A stretch of 64,000 bases of DNA from Lytechinus pictus (taxonomy: Eukaryota), in NCBI RefSeq assembly GCF_037042905.1, contig NC_087245.1:37822001-37886000 (forward strand), written 5' to 3'. Below, in pieces: positions 1-13,144 of this stretch. The notes beneath the pieces were generated by a model, which worked only from the letters and a program-made list of their open reading frames with translations, had not been told where the DNA came from and did not search any database. A program made the position numbers and the translations under genes. Within the stretch, counting starts at the first letter, position 1. Each line of letters starts with the position of its first letter.

Positions 1-360
1 TTTTTATGAATTTGACAATTAGGACCCCCTTGCTTGAACCACAAAATGTTAAAATAATGGAATTCCATGTGTTCAGGGAGAAATTAAACTTTGTTTCACA
101 TGACAGTGACGAGAAAATCAAAATATTTCATATTTCATATAATAAAATACAAAAGAAATAGTGAGTGGGTGATGTCATCGGTTCCCTCATTTGCATACCG
201 AACAGGGTGTGCATATAACTGTTTTGTGAAATTAAGCGAAACTTTAAAATGTCATAACTTTCTTATTTTACATCCGATTTTGATGAAATTTTCAGTGTTA
301 TGCTTGTTTGATTTTTCTCTTTCTATTCAAATCAGCTTTTTGTTGGGGTGGACTTGTCCT
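1..360. mobile_element. Kolobok-like MITE (family A), cut by the window edge
   Basis: Ends GGGGTGGACTTGTCCT+TTAA; homologous to 4569-5163 and 37866-38469. Confidence 0.75.
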
Positions 361-364
361 TTAA

Positions 365-797
365 CAAGTATTGGAAACAAAACAACACTCTTGGCAAGTA
401 TTCCCTGAAATGAACCCCTAAACAAGTACAGCGATATTTTTTATGTCACGGGTCCGTCGGTCATCGGTTTTACCTTTACACACCATTTGGTGCACGGCCC
501 CACCTTCCACACCTCGCGCAAATCGGACTCTAAACACGTAGTGTTGGGGCAAAGAGGACATCCTTTATAAAACATTTTAATTTTGTTTCATCATCCCCGC
601 AAATTTGACCCTAAACACGGAACTTTCCTAGCGAAATAGATACCCTTTTTCCATTATTTTTGTGTTTTTGACACCCTTATCACGTTACGTACGTAACGGC
701 CCAATCTTGAATAAGACATCCTTTTTACGTGTTTTTGGGGTCGCGCATGGTATCCACTCGTCAATGTAAGTGGCCCCCTTCCCCCCCCCCCCCCGGG
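365..797. repeat. Dispersed repeat (foldback-type), related to 20870-21290
   Basis: Shares CTAAACACGTAGTGTTGGGGCAAA (inverted) and CATGGTATCCACTCGT..AAGTGGCCCC (direct). Confidence 0.65.
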
Positions 798-1224
798 TTC
801 CAGCAACAACTGTTCCTATCTTTATTCCTTTGAAGATACAGGGTTTAGGGTTTGATAGGGTTCATGGGGGTGGGGTGGGGGTGGCATTCATGGAGACTGA
901 CATGGACATGGTGTGAAGTAAGAATTTATCTTTGGCATAATATGCATTTTTTTTTGCAAAGGAACAGTTGTTGCTGAAGCTTATCTCATGGATTCCATAT
1001 CACATTTATTATTTATATCATTCATTGATACACAATAAATCTAAAACATACATAAATTTGGACAAACATCGTAACTTATGGTGAGATGTCCATCTTAAAA
1101 AGATTCATTACATGTATAAGTTAAGCAGCACACAAATGGAATAGCAAATACATTTTGTCATAAATAAATAAGCATACATGTAGATAAAATGATCATAATT
1201 AATAATTTAAATTTCAAAATCATA

Positions 1225-2071
1225 AATTATAGGATTTGTATAGTGCATGTGTTCACCTTGTTAGGTGCTCAAGGTGCTCCTATATTGCCCCAGCTAAGCT
1301 TGTATAACAGTTCCGGTGCTCTCAGCTTTTTTAGCCTTTGAGGAATTATTGAACTGAATTGAATTTATTACCAAATATCACTGTCAGGTACAATTTCATG
1401 GAATAGTACATCACATATAAACAAAACATTTGGTAATTAAAGCTAAAATAATAGTAAGATGCTAATCAAGGTTAGCCCCAAATAATGTCATTAACATAGT
1501 CTAAACAATAATTTTAACTAAAATTAATTATTAATTCTACTTATTACTGTTGCAGACAATTGCAATTACTTCCCCATTTACCTCACCTGGGTTGAGTGCA
1601 GCACAATGTGGGTAAATTTCTTGTTGAAGGAAAAGATGCCATGGCTGGGAATCGAACCCACGTCTTCTTCAACCTACACTGACTGCCTCCTTCAATCCTG
1701 AAGATTCTTGCGGGGGCCGGCAGGTGCAATACACCGGGTGAACACCCTACTCTTTGACGAATAGTGTATTGGTTTTAACGTGCATAGGTTGTGACTCTCC
1801 TATACACGGGACCAACATTTGCGTCCTTTCCGATGGACGGAGTGTTTTCCAACTGCATTCACACCTGCACTGAATACAGTGGTGAGGCACGCTAACACAC
1901 AATGCTATAACATCAGATTTTTTGTTAGAGGCGTTTCGGCATGAGCGGGACTTGAACCCCTCACGTTGAGATCTACGATCTTATCCGAAACATACGCTCT
2001 AACCGACTGAGCTACGCTGCCTCTGCGTCCCTCAGATTGAAAGACAAGAGTCTTAACCACTAGACCATGAC
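1225..2071 (-). mobile_element. tRNA-derived SINE (same family as 61387), fragmented by insertions
   Basis: Tail at 1225-1350, core at 1566-1663 (CCTCACCTGGGTTGAGTGCAGCAC), head remainder at 2026-2071. Confidence 0.78.
1664..2025 (-). mobile_element. Second tRNA-derived SINE inserted into the head of the first
   Basis: Minus-strand A box TAGCTCAGTCGG and B box GGTTCAAGTCC; (GAA)n-like tail; CGTC on both flanks. Confidence 0.65.
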
Positions 2072-2489
2072 TTACTATTTAAACATATTGAATATGAATG
2101 AAGTGTCTGGGCCACTTTTTGAAATGTTGCTTTATCTTTAGAATACTGAATGAATATTGATAGAGCAACAAACATGTATTTTTCTTTATCAATAATCCTA
2201 ATAGAATTGTAACAAAACATTTAAAAAATAACCTCAATTTTCATTACTGATTATTGTGAATAACATCTATCAATTCACATTGCATGAAGGTTTGTTATCT
2301 CATTTGTACCTAATCCATACAGCTCTACAATATATCCCAATGCCACAATGAAGATAATTCCCCAGGCCCTTCCCCACCAAAAACACCTTTGGTATAACGA
2401 TATGAATGCTTTACGAGCAAAGTGGTGACACATTTGATGGCTCAATCAAAAATCATTGGGTTGGGATTGTAAAAATATAATTTCTTAAC

Positions 2490-2911
2490 TCATGGTTTCT
2501 TTGCTGGGATATACTCGTAGGCCTCGTCACCATCTTTCAACGACTTCATACCCTCGCATTCGAACCCCACGGTCTTCAGCGCATCCATGTAGCCGTCTGG
2601 ATCGTAATTCCCGTACTTGAGAAAACCGTTGTCGTGTGACTCTTTGACCCTCTCTAGACAGAGCAGAGTCACCATCTGACCCCCGGGCTTCAGCACGCGG
2701 AAGAGTTCTCTCGATACCGCGGTCACGTCTGGCCAGAAGTAATAGCAGTTGGTGTGGAAGATGCGGTCCATAGAGGTGTCTCGGTAAGGGAGCTGGGCTG
2801 CGTTGCCTATGGTGAGCTGAACCATGTCATCGGCAATCTCCTGCTCCAAGTGAGCCATGGCGGCATTCATCATAGCAGGAGAAATGTCGATCCCATGCAC
2901 CATTCCTTCAT
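2490..2911 (-). CDS. Methyltransferase coding exon 3 (terminal)
   Basis: Acceptor TTTAG at 2913-2912; GIDIS...RVLKPGG...KKP-TGA. Confidence 0.92.
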
Positions 2912-5900
2912 CTAAACAGATCAGCAAAATCAAACATAGGACTTGAGTAAGGTCTAGATGTATTTCATACACAAAAAGGTGCAAATTAGGTGACTTATCT
3001 GCAAGCCAAATTGAATGAAATAATAAAAGGTGTTTATGATAACCAAGGTAGCACCCAGGTATGTCACTCACATGCCAAGTGCCTTTAAATTCTGTGGTTT
3101 TATGAGATCGCTACTGACAAAAACATTGAAATTTCAGAGTTGAACACTTTGTGTGGACATGATCATATAGTACTACTATGAGGGAAAGGAAGGAAGGAGG
3201 AATGAGGATGGATGCATAAAAGAGCTTTTTTTTTAATAATTACTAATAAATCGCATTCACATTCAGCAGTTATACAGTGCGTCCCAGAAAAAACGAAACC
3301 GAGATTTAGCGATGATTTATCATAACTAAATCATAAATAAAATAGACAAATGACCTACCAATGTAAAGCTTAGAATCTCCTCTTTCATCTGGTATTACTT
3401 AGATTATTCCTCATTCACGCATGATTGAGCAAAAACAATTCGAAGAAAGGATGCCAAAAACTCATTTGGCGGGGGTGTCTGAATTTCAAAAAGAAAATCA
3501 CATGACTAAAAAGTTCAATATCTTCTCTTTTCTTTGATACCTAAATCACAGAAAATGGTCAAGTAGTAAAAATGTTATGAAACAGTGCTTGTATTTCCAT
3601 AATTTCATTAAATAAACGAGTTTTCACCGGTTTCCCACAGAAGCTATCGCACATAACAAAAGACTTAATGCATGGCTGATCGTCAACAAAACGGAGTGTC
3701 GAGTGCGTTTGAACGCTAGCCTTCATTTTATGAAATTATTGAAATTCAAGCCTTATTTCAAATAACCAGAACTTTCTTATTTCTTGACCATTTTCTGTAA
3801 TTGAGGTATCAAATTAAAGAGCAGATATTGAACTTTTTAAAAATGTGGTTTTCTTTTTAAAACCCAGATACGGCCTGCCAAGTGACTTTTTGGTATCCCC
3901 TTTTCAAATTGTTTATGCTCACTCATGCGTGAATGAGAAATAATCTAAGTAATTCCAGATGAAAGAGGAGATTCTAAGCTTTAAAATGGTAGGTCATTTG
4001 TCTAATGTATTTGCGATTAAGTTATGATAAATCATCTATAAATCTCGGTTTCGTTTTTTGTGGGACGCACTGTATATGATCATAAAGGATTTCCCCCCCC
4101 AAAAAAATCATCAATTCAAAAACATTAATTCCATGTTATGAAACAAAATTGAAACAATCTGTTATAATGGGGAATGGATTACACTACAGCAAACATAAAA
4201 CCTATTTAACACTGAAACTCATTTCTGAAGCGCAGCTTTAAAAACAAGCTCTTCCATCATCTACTGGTAGTAGGCATACATCTATTGTTATGGTATCGTC
4301 AAGGAGGGAAAGTGAGATTATACAAGTCAAGTCAACCATGGTACATTTGGAGGAATTTTCATGAACATTTTTTGGGTGGAAGCCAATAAATTTTGCTAAG
4401 TTATTTTTTTCAAGAACCAGTAATATATGGAGGTCTCTTTTTATTTATGTAATGGATATGAATTCATAGCAGCTAGAGTGAGGTCAAATCTCTTCAGCAA
4501 TTTGTGCACAGGATGCCTGGTGGGTGTTTCATAAAGCTGTTCGTAATTCACTGAAATAATTAACTTAAAGGACAAGTCCACCCCAAAAAGAGTTGATTTG
4601 AATAAAAAGAGAAAAATCCAACAAGCATAAAACTGATAATTTTGAACATCAAAATCGGATGTAAAATAAGAAAGTTATGAAATTTTTAAGTTTTGCTTAA
4701 TTAAAAAAAAGTTATATGCACATCCTGGTCTGTATGCAAATGAGGGGGCTGATGACATGATTGACATCACTTACTCACTATTCCTTTTGTATTTCATTAT
4801 ATGAAAAATTCAAATTTTCTCATCGTCCTGTGAAACAAAGTTTCATTCCTCACTGAACACGAGGAATCACCATTGTTTTAACATTTTGTAATTCAGTCAA
4901 GTAGGTCCTTAATGTCAAATTTGTAAAAATTGAAATATTTGTACTTCAAACAATAAAAAAAATAAAAAAAATAGTGACGGACATCATCAACTCTCTCATT
5001 TGCATGTCACTGAGTTGTGCATATAACTGTTATGTGAAAAATAACTTTAAAATGGCATAAATTTCTTCATTCACATCCGATTTTCATACAATTTTCAGTG
5101 TTATGCTCGTTTGCTTTTACTCTATTGATTCAAATCAACATTTTTCTGGGGTGGACTTGACCTTTAAGAAATGTCAGCAAAGAAATAACAAACCGAACTT
5201 GTACATCACATACACAAAATAAAAGAATCCTTGTCCTTCAGATTCTTGGGCTTACCTCTGAACCTCACTTACAACCCCCCCCCCCCTCCACCTTTGCCCA
5301 GGCCTTGATAGTCAAAAGTTTCATACACCCGTACCTTTTTTTACACACTGTGCAGCTTTCTTGAGTCCTAAGCCGGGACCAAAGCCGACTTCTAAGACAT
5401 GATGGTTGGGCTGAATCTCTGCATGTTCTACAGCTTTCTCCTCCAGGAAACGATTCCTCCTCTTTAATAAACGCTTGGGAATTTAAAAAAGGGGATAAAA
5501 GATAATAAGTATATGTCTTTAATCTCCTTACTCTTTTAATTCATGTAATCCCCTATTTTGATTGGCTGTTCAATTTTTGCTAGTTAGCAATAATGTTGCC
5601 ATTGAATTTCAAAAGTAGATGATCCAATTTACCGGAATCATGAGAAAAGTCATGGCCCTTGTCTTTGACTATATAGTATTAAATTAATTGCAGACAATTA
5701 TTCATAATTTATTATGACTGTTCATGTAAAGTATTTCAAAATTGCTATGATATATTGTAATTTTTATCTGTGTGTATACTTATTATTAAAGCCATTGGAA
5801 ACCAAATTTCTTTGTATTTGTACATTGACCAAGAATCTTGAATCTTGCAGAGTGTAACATTAGGCCTCACATTGGGGATGGAGGTAGTATTATATCATAA

Positions 5901-8067
5901 GAGCACAGACACTTGATCATATTTTATAAAAACCAAAAGATATATATGTAGATCTAAGTGAAAAAGGATTCCAGGCAGTAGCAAGGTCATGGATACGAAA
6001 TTGATAAAAAAATTCATTGAGTGTTCTGACAGTGCAGCTTACATGCTTAGGTTAGAGGCTAGATCTAGATCTAATTACCAGTACCTTTGTCTTCGTTATT
6101 TTAGGAACCCTTCCATAATATTCAGCAAAACAAGAGCCAGTGCATTGCCAGTGGATTTGATATAATAATACATGAGATTTGTATAGCGCACTTTCCATCT
6201 TGATTACATGCTCAAGGCGCTTCAGAGCAGAACAAAAACTATTTACATATAATACATGTCTGAACAATAAGTCAATGTCTATCAAAAAGCACTCTTAAAC
6301 AGGTATGTTTTCAGGTTGCCCTTGAAGGTGGTCAATGAAGTCTGGGTTTTCAAACTCTGTGGAAGAGAATTTCACAGGCTAGGCCCTGAATGATCAGAGC
6401 AAAGGCCCATTCCCTGTTATTGTAAGAGATTAGATGATGAGGATCGTAAATTTCTTGAGGGTTGGTAATTATGCATCAAAGACTTATTGTAGCTGGGGGT
6501 AGATCCATCGACTATATGAAAAATCAAAAGAAGGATTTTAAAGACTATGCGTTCCTTCAGGGGCAACCATACCTCGGGCGAAGTTCGTGCAGGCTCCGCT
6601 CCACTCCACTTCACTACCGCTACACTACGCTCCACCTACCCGAACTTCGGGACGGTGAACCATTTCGGATATACCGAGTCACAAAGGTGGGATGAAATGA
6701 TGGTTTATTGTAAAAATTACAGGAAAAAATATAACGAGAAAGATAAATAGTTTAATATCTTACTCTACACCCGTATATCACTCCATGTCCATCCTCCGGT
6801 TATCCTCAAAATTGGGGATTTTGGGCCAGTATCAAATTCCTCACACGTATTATTCACTGCCGATTTCAAAACATTGTATGCAACGCACGTAGAGGGCAGC
6901 AACACACATCAGTCAGAGTTATCAATGACATCAGTGTTGCTATTATATTAGGAAGGTCCACTCGATACGCACATACAATGTTTTGAAATCGGCTGTGAAT
7001 AATACGAGTGAGGAATTTGATACTGGCCCAAAATCACCAATTTTGAGGATAACCGGAGGATGGACACGGAGTGAAATACGGGTGTAGAGTAAGATATTAA
7101 GCTATTTATCTTTCTCGTTATATTTTTTTTCTCTAATTTTTACAATAAACCATCATTTCATCCCACCTTTGTCACTCGGTATATCCGAAATGGTTCACCG
7201 TCCCGAAGTTCGGGTAGGTGGAGCGTAGTGTAGCGGTAGTGAAGTGGAGTGGAGCTGGAGCGTGCACGAACTTCGCCTGAGGTAGGGCAACCAGTGAAGA
7301 GTTTTCAATATAGGGGTGATGTGGCTGCGTGTGCTAGATAGAGTTACAATACGCACAGCTGCATTTTGCAACCTTTGCAATTTCCCAAGCTGAGAATCTG
7401 ATAAGTTGTAAAGGAGGCTATCTCAGTATTACCAAAATCAAATCGTGAAGAAATAAGTGAATGTACCACTACCAGTTTCTCTGTTGCTGAGCGAGTGAGA
7501 TATTTTCTTATATGCACTGTCATCCGAGTATCCCAGCAACAGTTGAGTTGGCATTGCAAAATGCAAGTAAGTGCAACCCTTTTTTTAATCAGACAAGTTA
7601 CAAGTAGGCCTATAACTTTAGTTTATCAGGAATAACAATCTTTTTTGGGATTTAGTTTAATATTTTTTACTAGATCTATACTATCAGTATCAATCACATC
7701 AATCACCTCTGGACATAAGTTTAGTGGAAAAACCAATGTTTTTGGTCTACCATAAATATAAGGATCCCAAACCTCGCACAACTAATGTAATGTAAATGTG
7801 TGTTTAGCTCCTGTGCAATTCAAATTGATGTATCACAGAATCGTGATAACATAATTCGGCACGTGCACAAAAGTATTACATGCGCCGAAGAATAGAACAG
7901 CTGACTCGAGCGAGCGCGAGCTCAAGATGAAGACGTAACTTAATCAGCTTATTAATGTTTAACTTAGACTGAATTTGAATATGGTAACCTACCAGTATAA
8001 ATGACCCAACAAAACCAGTTTCCGGTTTTTTCAGGTTTCTAGCAATCGAGTCCGTGAAGAGAGGCAT
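2490..8067 (-). CDS. Class I SAM-dependent methyltransferase (Methyltransf_11/UbiE-like, YdaC-like); 3 coding exons: 8067-7993, 5473-5335, 2911-2490; ~211 aa
   Basis: Joined translation MPLFTDSIARNLKKPETGFVGSFIL|RLLKRRNRFLEEKAVEHAEIQPNHHVLEVGFGPGLGLKKAAQCVKK(D)EGMVHGIDIS...LPYRDTSMDRIFHTNCYYFW...ELFRVLKPGG. It contains motif I (VLEVGFGPG), GIDIS and RVLKPGG. Introns are GT-AG with phases 0 and 1. Confidence 0.9.
3275..4072. mobile_element. Tc1/mariner-like MITE with long TIRs
   Basis: TA-CAGTGCGTCCCAGAAAAAACGAAACC ... GGTTTCGTTTTTTGTGGGACGCACTG-TA; arms complementary for ~300 bp. Confidence 0.85.
4569..5163. mobile_element. Kolobok-like MITE (family A)
   Basis: TTAA-AGGACAAGTCCACCCC ... GGGGTGGACTTGACCT-TTAA; long imperfect TIRs. 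Confidence 0.82.
5335..5473 (-). CDS. Methyltransferase coding exon 2 (SAM-binding motif I)
   Basis: VLEVGFGPGLG; acceptor ..CCCAAG, donor GTACGG; 139 nt, phase 1. Confidence 0.88.
6160..7560 (-). mobile_element. Degenerate L2/CR1-group LINE 3' fragment, interrupted by a foldback element
   Basis: Frameshifted peptides RKYLTRSATEKLV-HSLISSRFD, RLQNAAVRIV..HITPILKTLHWLP|LKERIVFKILLL; L2-type tail AGCGCCTTGAGCA...GTGCGCTATACAAAT. Confidence 0.85.
6570..7284. mobile_element. Foldback/MULE-like palindromic element
   Basis: ~320-bp near-perfect inverted arms starting TACCTCGGGCGAAG; exact 9-bp TSD GGGCAACCA (6561-6569, 7285-7293). Confidence 0.88.
7993..8067 (-). CDS. Methyltransferase coding exon 1 (25 codons)
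   Basis: ATG at 8067; MPLFTDSIARNLKKPETGFVGSFIL followed by donor GTAGGT; phase 0 matches the next exon. Confidence 0.75.
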
Positions 8068-10879
8068 GATGATGACTATTTGGTCCAGTCCCAATACACG
8101 TACCGTAGGTTCGTTCACATATGCGATATGTTATTATGTGGTTCGGCATGATGCGCTGCATGCAGCTCGCGCTCCTGAAGGGAAATTCCCTATTACATAA
8201 TTCTTGTGAAATTGCTTTGCGCAAACCAATGGCAGATCCTGTGCGATCCACCGCATCCTTCCCAGTCCCAGATCCACCATAATTAAGGGAATACATAAGC
8301 CCCCCCCCCCCCGCATCTGATTAGGAAGATCCTCCCTTCTAACTTTTTATTTGTCCTCCCCGTGGCTAAACGCAGATTTTTTTGTGTGAAAATTTTCTGT
8401 ATTTTAAGTTTTCAAAATTTCGGGGGGGGGGGGGGTGGGGGCAACTGCCCCGACGGGGCCCCCACTCCTCCCCCATTATTGTTGGTGAATGATAGGACCA
8501 ATTATATAGTATTGTACGTCATAGTTATTTAGTAATTTGTTTGTTTGGGGGAGGAAAACAGCAAAAGTGAGATCCGAAATATTTTTTTCAAGAATTAATT
8601 GAATTATCATTATTTATTTTTCATGAGTTGTAGGCCTATAGGTGAGTTTGTACAAATTTATAATTCTTACTCACATCCACCTGACATTTTTTAAGGGGCC
8701 AGAGGCCTGATTCGGCCAAGCTCTGTGACACATCTGGCCCTTGCCCCCCCCTTGCCGAGAGCCTTTAAAAATAGTTTAGAAAATCTAGCATGCACTGCAC
8801 AAGTGAAGCCCTTTTTTCCGCAATTCAATTTTTTTCTTGACATAAAACTATTGGATTTGCCCCTATATACATTCATAAGTGAAGATATAATAATAATGAC
8901 GTACGTATGGATATATGAAAGTAAGCAATTAAATTATATAGTAATTATAGAGTGTCGGGCTCTGAGAGTTGATTGCAATAAGTAGACAAATACTTTTTAA
9001 AGAGGTCTTAAAGGGGAACTCAACCTTGCTTGGTCATGAATGTTGTGTTGGAAAGGAGAAAAATAAAGAAAACAGAATGGTGAAAATTTGAAGAAAAATA
9101 GGACAAGGGATAAGAAAGTTGTGGCTGCTTTAAAATTGAGATCCTATAAGACTATGTAGATTTCAAATTGGCAATTGGGTAAGTAAATTATGACAAGGGG
9201 ACAAGGACAACTTTCCTATAGGCCATGTACTTAATTATCAAGGATTTGTGGTTTTCTCCTAAGTACCCATTCCCCTGGGGCAGTAATCCAATTAAAACAC
9301 AGGTAGTTTATTGTTTTATGCAGTCCTCATGAAAGTATAACATTTGAAAACAAAATGACATTTTAGCCATTTTATGTATTGGAGTACATGGAAGAGTAGC
9401 CCTTGCCTTACATAATTATGACATCACATATATGGCCAATACGAAGTCTCCAACTATAATGATTGCCAATTGTTTTTACACCCTTGTTCAAACTTTTACC
9501 TCTCAACTTGTCTGATTTTCCTCTAAAAACTCTTACTTAAACGTTTTACGAGCGAGTAAAACAAGTGAGGAAAAATTCGAATTGGGTGCATGGAATCGAT
9601 TTAGGAACCAAGAAGTCCCCGATTGATCATTATGCAATTAGTCAATGCAATCAATCGTTAAAAAAAAATGATTTATAAGCTTTGTGTTTCGGGTCCCAGG
9701 CCTTATTATGCGCAAGAGACAACAACTTTTTTTTTCAAGTAGTAAAAAGTAGACAAAATAAAGCGGAGGGAAACAGGGTAAAAGAGAAAGAAAAGGGAAG
9801 AGAGAAGGAAGATTGAGGATCATAATTTTATATCTCTAACTCGAATGAGAAATATATGATGTCATATTTTGGTCGTCTCGACCCCTTTCAAAGGCTGGGG
9901 ACACTCGGATCCGGAAAGGGTAGGGCAGGGGCGGCAGAGCGAAGTTGAAAGTGGGGGGGGGGGGCACATGAAAAAAGAGCACTATCTTAAACATGGCCGT
10001 ATGCATAAATTTTTCGCAGGGGGGGGGCAGCACGTGTAAATTTTTTTTATAGAACTTGAAAGCGAGGGAGCGAAGCTTATCATTGCCCCCTAGCTGCCTC
10101 CACTCCACCCCTCCCCCGCTGCGTACGGCCATGATCTAAAAACAAAGGGAAAAAATGACTGATCGACCACACTCACATGGCTCATGAAACTTATGGTGGG
10201 TAGGAGTATTTTTTTTCATTCATTATGCACTTGCAGAAGAAAGCAGAACAGCACTAAAATAACAAAGAAACCGGGCGATCATCGGGCAAGAAAAGAGTGG
10301 TTTTTCAGGACAACTTCTCTGATGTGAATAACAGGCATCTATATGAGAAGGCAAAGGGGCACTCGATCGTTAACACATAAAACAGGTCCTTCTTATGTGA
10401 AAGGGGGCATAGAACACGTTCATGGGGGCAGGGGCGGCGGGGGCAGGGAAAAAAGGGCACCTTTTCTTTCGAAAAAAGGCACTATCTTAAAACAAAGAAA
10501 AAAATGACTTATGTAAAGTGGCGTAATGAGCCAAAAATTTTGAGGGGCTAGATATGTCGTATCACTTAAATTTATAAGAAATTGCGAGCGAGCAAAAATT
10601 TGACATTTTTGTGACGAAACTCCAATTTTGTGATAGATTTTGACAACTTATATTCAGAAAATAATATAATATTTCCCCCTTCTTTCTTTCCTTTGCTCTT
10701 TTGTTTTTCTTGGCCGTGAAAAATTTGGGGAGGGGTCAAGAGCCTCCCAATCCCCCCACGCCAATGCTTATCTACCCCACTCACATGACTCACGAAACTT
10801 TAATAAGGCACGTAATATTTTCCTTACAAGTTTTTTCCTTCATAAGTATAGCATATCAAAATTAGATTGTTTTCTTGTT

Positions 10880-11860
10880 TCAAAGGGGCACTCGTTGACA
10901 CATAAATGGGTCCTCCTCAGGTGAAAATATGAGAAATGGCACTTACAAGAAGGCAAGGGGCATTTGCTCACACATAAAACGGATCCTTTTTCAGGTAAAG
11001 GGGCACTTTCTTGGGTAAAACGGGGCACTGATTCGAGGAAGGGCACTAACAAGGGGACACTTGCTCACACGTAAAACGGGTCCTTCTCGGGTGAAAGGGG
11101 AAGAAATTACTTCATGAGGGGAAATTACGTTCATGAGAGGCAATTTCCTCAGGTAAACTGAAGGGGGCGCTGAATAGAGAAAGGGCACTTACAAGAAGGC
11201 AAGGAGCACTTCCTCACTCATAAAACCGGTCCTTTTTTGGTAAAAATTGGCAGATACGAGAAATGGCACTTGCTGACACATAAATCAATCAGGTCCTTCT
11301 CAGGTGAAAGGGGCACAGAACACGTTCGAGAGGAGGGGGCATTTTTGTAAAAATTGGCACTTACACGAGAAAGGGCACTTGGTAACACATAAAACGGGTC
11401 CTCCTCAGGTGAAAGGGGCACAGTAAACGTCCTTGAGGGGGCATTTTTCTTGCGTAAAAGTGGGGGGCACTGTGCTCCCGGCCACCAGGATCGCCGCCCC
11501 TGCGTGGGGGCACTTTTCTTAGGTAAAAAGGGGCACTGATACGAGAAAGGGCACTAACAGGAAGGCAAGAGTGCATTTGCTCAGACATAAAACGGGTCTT
11601 TTCAGGTAGGTGAAAGGGGCACAGTCCGCACAGAAGATGTTCGTGATGGGCGCTTTTCCTGTGTAAAAAGCGGCACTGTTACGAGAAAGGGCACCAATAA
11701 GATGGCAAAAGGGCACTTGCTAATGGCATAAAATGGATCCCTCTCAGATGAAAGGGACACAGGACATCCGTGAGCCGGGCACTTTTCATGTGTATAAAGG
11801 GCACTTTTTCAGCTGTGCTTCAAAAAGTGGGGGGGGGGGCACTGTGCCAGGATCGCCGCA
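10880..11860. repeat. Degenerate minisatellite array built on AAAGGGGCAC / CATAAAACGGGTCC units
   Basis: Many recurrences of AAAGGG(G)CAC and CTCAGGTGAAA; related units at 10350-10490. Confidence 0.75.
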
Positions 11861-12399
11861 TCTGGGGTAGGGTGTGCGGCCCAAAATCTGAATCCATATA
11901 CCTTTTAGAACTGAAGATGCTATGAGGGGCTTGAGAACTATAGAATGGCCCTCTGCAAAATTAATGGGGGTTCTTTCATTTTCTTTTTTCTGTTTCTTTC
12001 TTTCCTCTCTTTTTTCTTTCTCTCCATGCTCTTAATTTCCCCTATCTTTCCTTCTTTTATTACCTCTATCCCTTCTTTTCGCTCTCTTCCCTCCCTCCTT
12101 CCCTTTTCCGTTTTCTCTTCCTATACCTTTTTCCCCCCTCACTTTCTTTTCTTTCTACATGGCTCAGAAAAGTGGCGGATCCAAGCCGGGGAGGGGGGGG
12201 GGGGCGCACGGACCGATGTGCCCCCCTTTGAGAGCCAAGATAAAAATCTATTATGTAAATATGCCGCCGTTTTTACCCTCATGTGCCCCCCCCCCCTCCT
12301 TTGAAAGAGGAATCCCCTCTTTTTATTTTATATTTGCTTGTCAATTTTTCCGTGGACGAAATGACCATCAATTATTTTTTTCATTCATTTAGTCTTAAT

Positions 12400-13055
12400 A
12401 TTTCCAATTCGTCCACCCCCAACTCGTCCACTCACCACATATGGTCTACCTTCATTTAGTCTAATGCCATTCCGTCCATCAACATTTCGTATACCGACCA
12501 TTTGGTCCAATAACCATTTGGTCCAATCATCACTTTGTCTAATCACCATTTCCTCTATTACCATTTCGTCTAATAACCAGTTGGTCTAATACCCATTTTC
12601 TTTTCATTCATTTTGCACAATAAACACTTTATAGTTTAATTAGACCATTGTATATAGAATATGGATATTGGACCAACTAGTTAGACGGAATGGCATTAGA
12701 CTAAATGAAAGTAGACCATGTGGTGAGTATAGCAGAACTGATGAAAGATCAATTAATGGTAGTAGACGAGTTCGCAATTGGACGAATTGGCATTAAACGA
12801 ATTGCACTGCAAAAACTCCGGTGTTGTTTTAACACCAGACCGGAATCTATATATGTTCACACCAGAGAAGTATTGAAACAGCACCAGTTTGGAATCATAC
12901 CGATGTTGTTTTAATACCAATTGGTGTTGTGTAAACACCTATCTGGTGTTAGACCGAAACCAAATTGGTGTTGTTTAACACTTCTCTGGTGTGGACATAT
13001 ATAGATTCCAGTCTGGTGTTAAATCAACACCGGAGTTTTTGCAGTGTGGAAATAA
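12400..13055. mobile_element. Foldback-type repeat with short internal tandem units (ACCATTTGGTCCAATA-like)
   Basis: Left end TTTCCAATTCGT mirrored by ACGAATTG|GAAA, which is split by the 12805 insertion. Confidence 0.6.
12805..13046. mobile_element. CACTA/EnSpm-like MITE nested in another foldback repeat
   Basis: TIR CACTGCAAAAACTCCGGTGTTG; 2-bp TSD TG. Confidence 0.78.
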
Positions 13056-13144
13056 ACCAAGAAGATGGTCCTGAAAAGTCACGAGGTGCATGTTGATCTG
13101 TCAATATGAATTTGTCATCTGGATCATTTTTTATAAACCACTAT

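Noticed and set aside
2912..3071. N-terminal 53 aa of the 193-aa ORF
   Set aside because: Intron read-through; motif I lies on the upstream exon and an acceptor is present at 2913-2912.
11945..12304. Hydrophobic Phe/Ser/Leu-rich ORFs (also 50943-51314, 49291-49659, 59028-59285)
   Set aside because: Translations of pyrimidine-rich or microsatellite low-complexity DNA.
12480..12600. CRISPR-like short periodic repeats
   Set aside because: Tandem degenerate units without unique spacers, in eukaryotic context with no cas genes.
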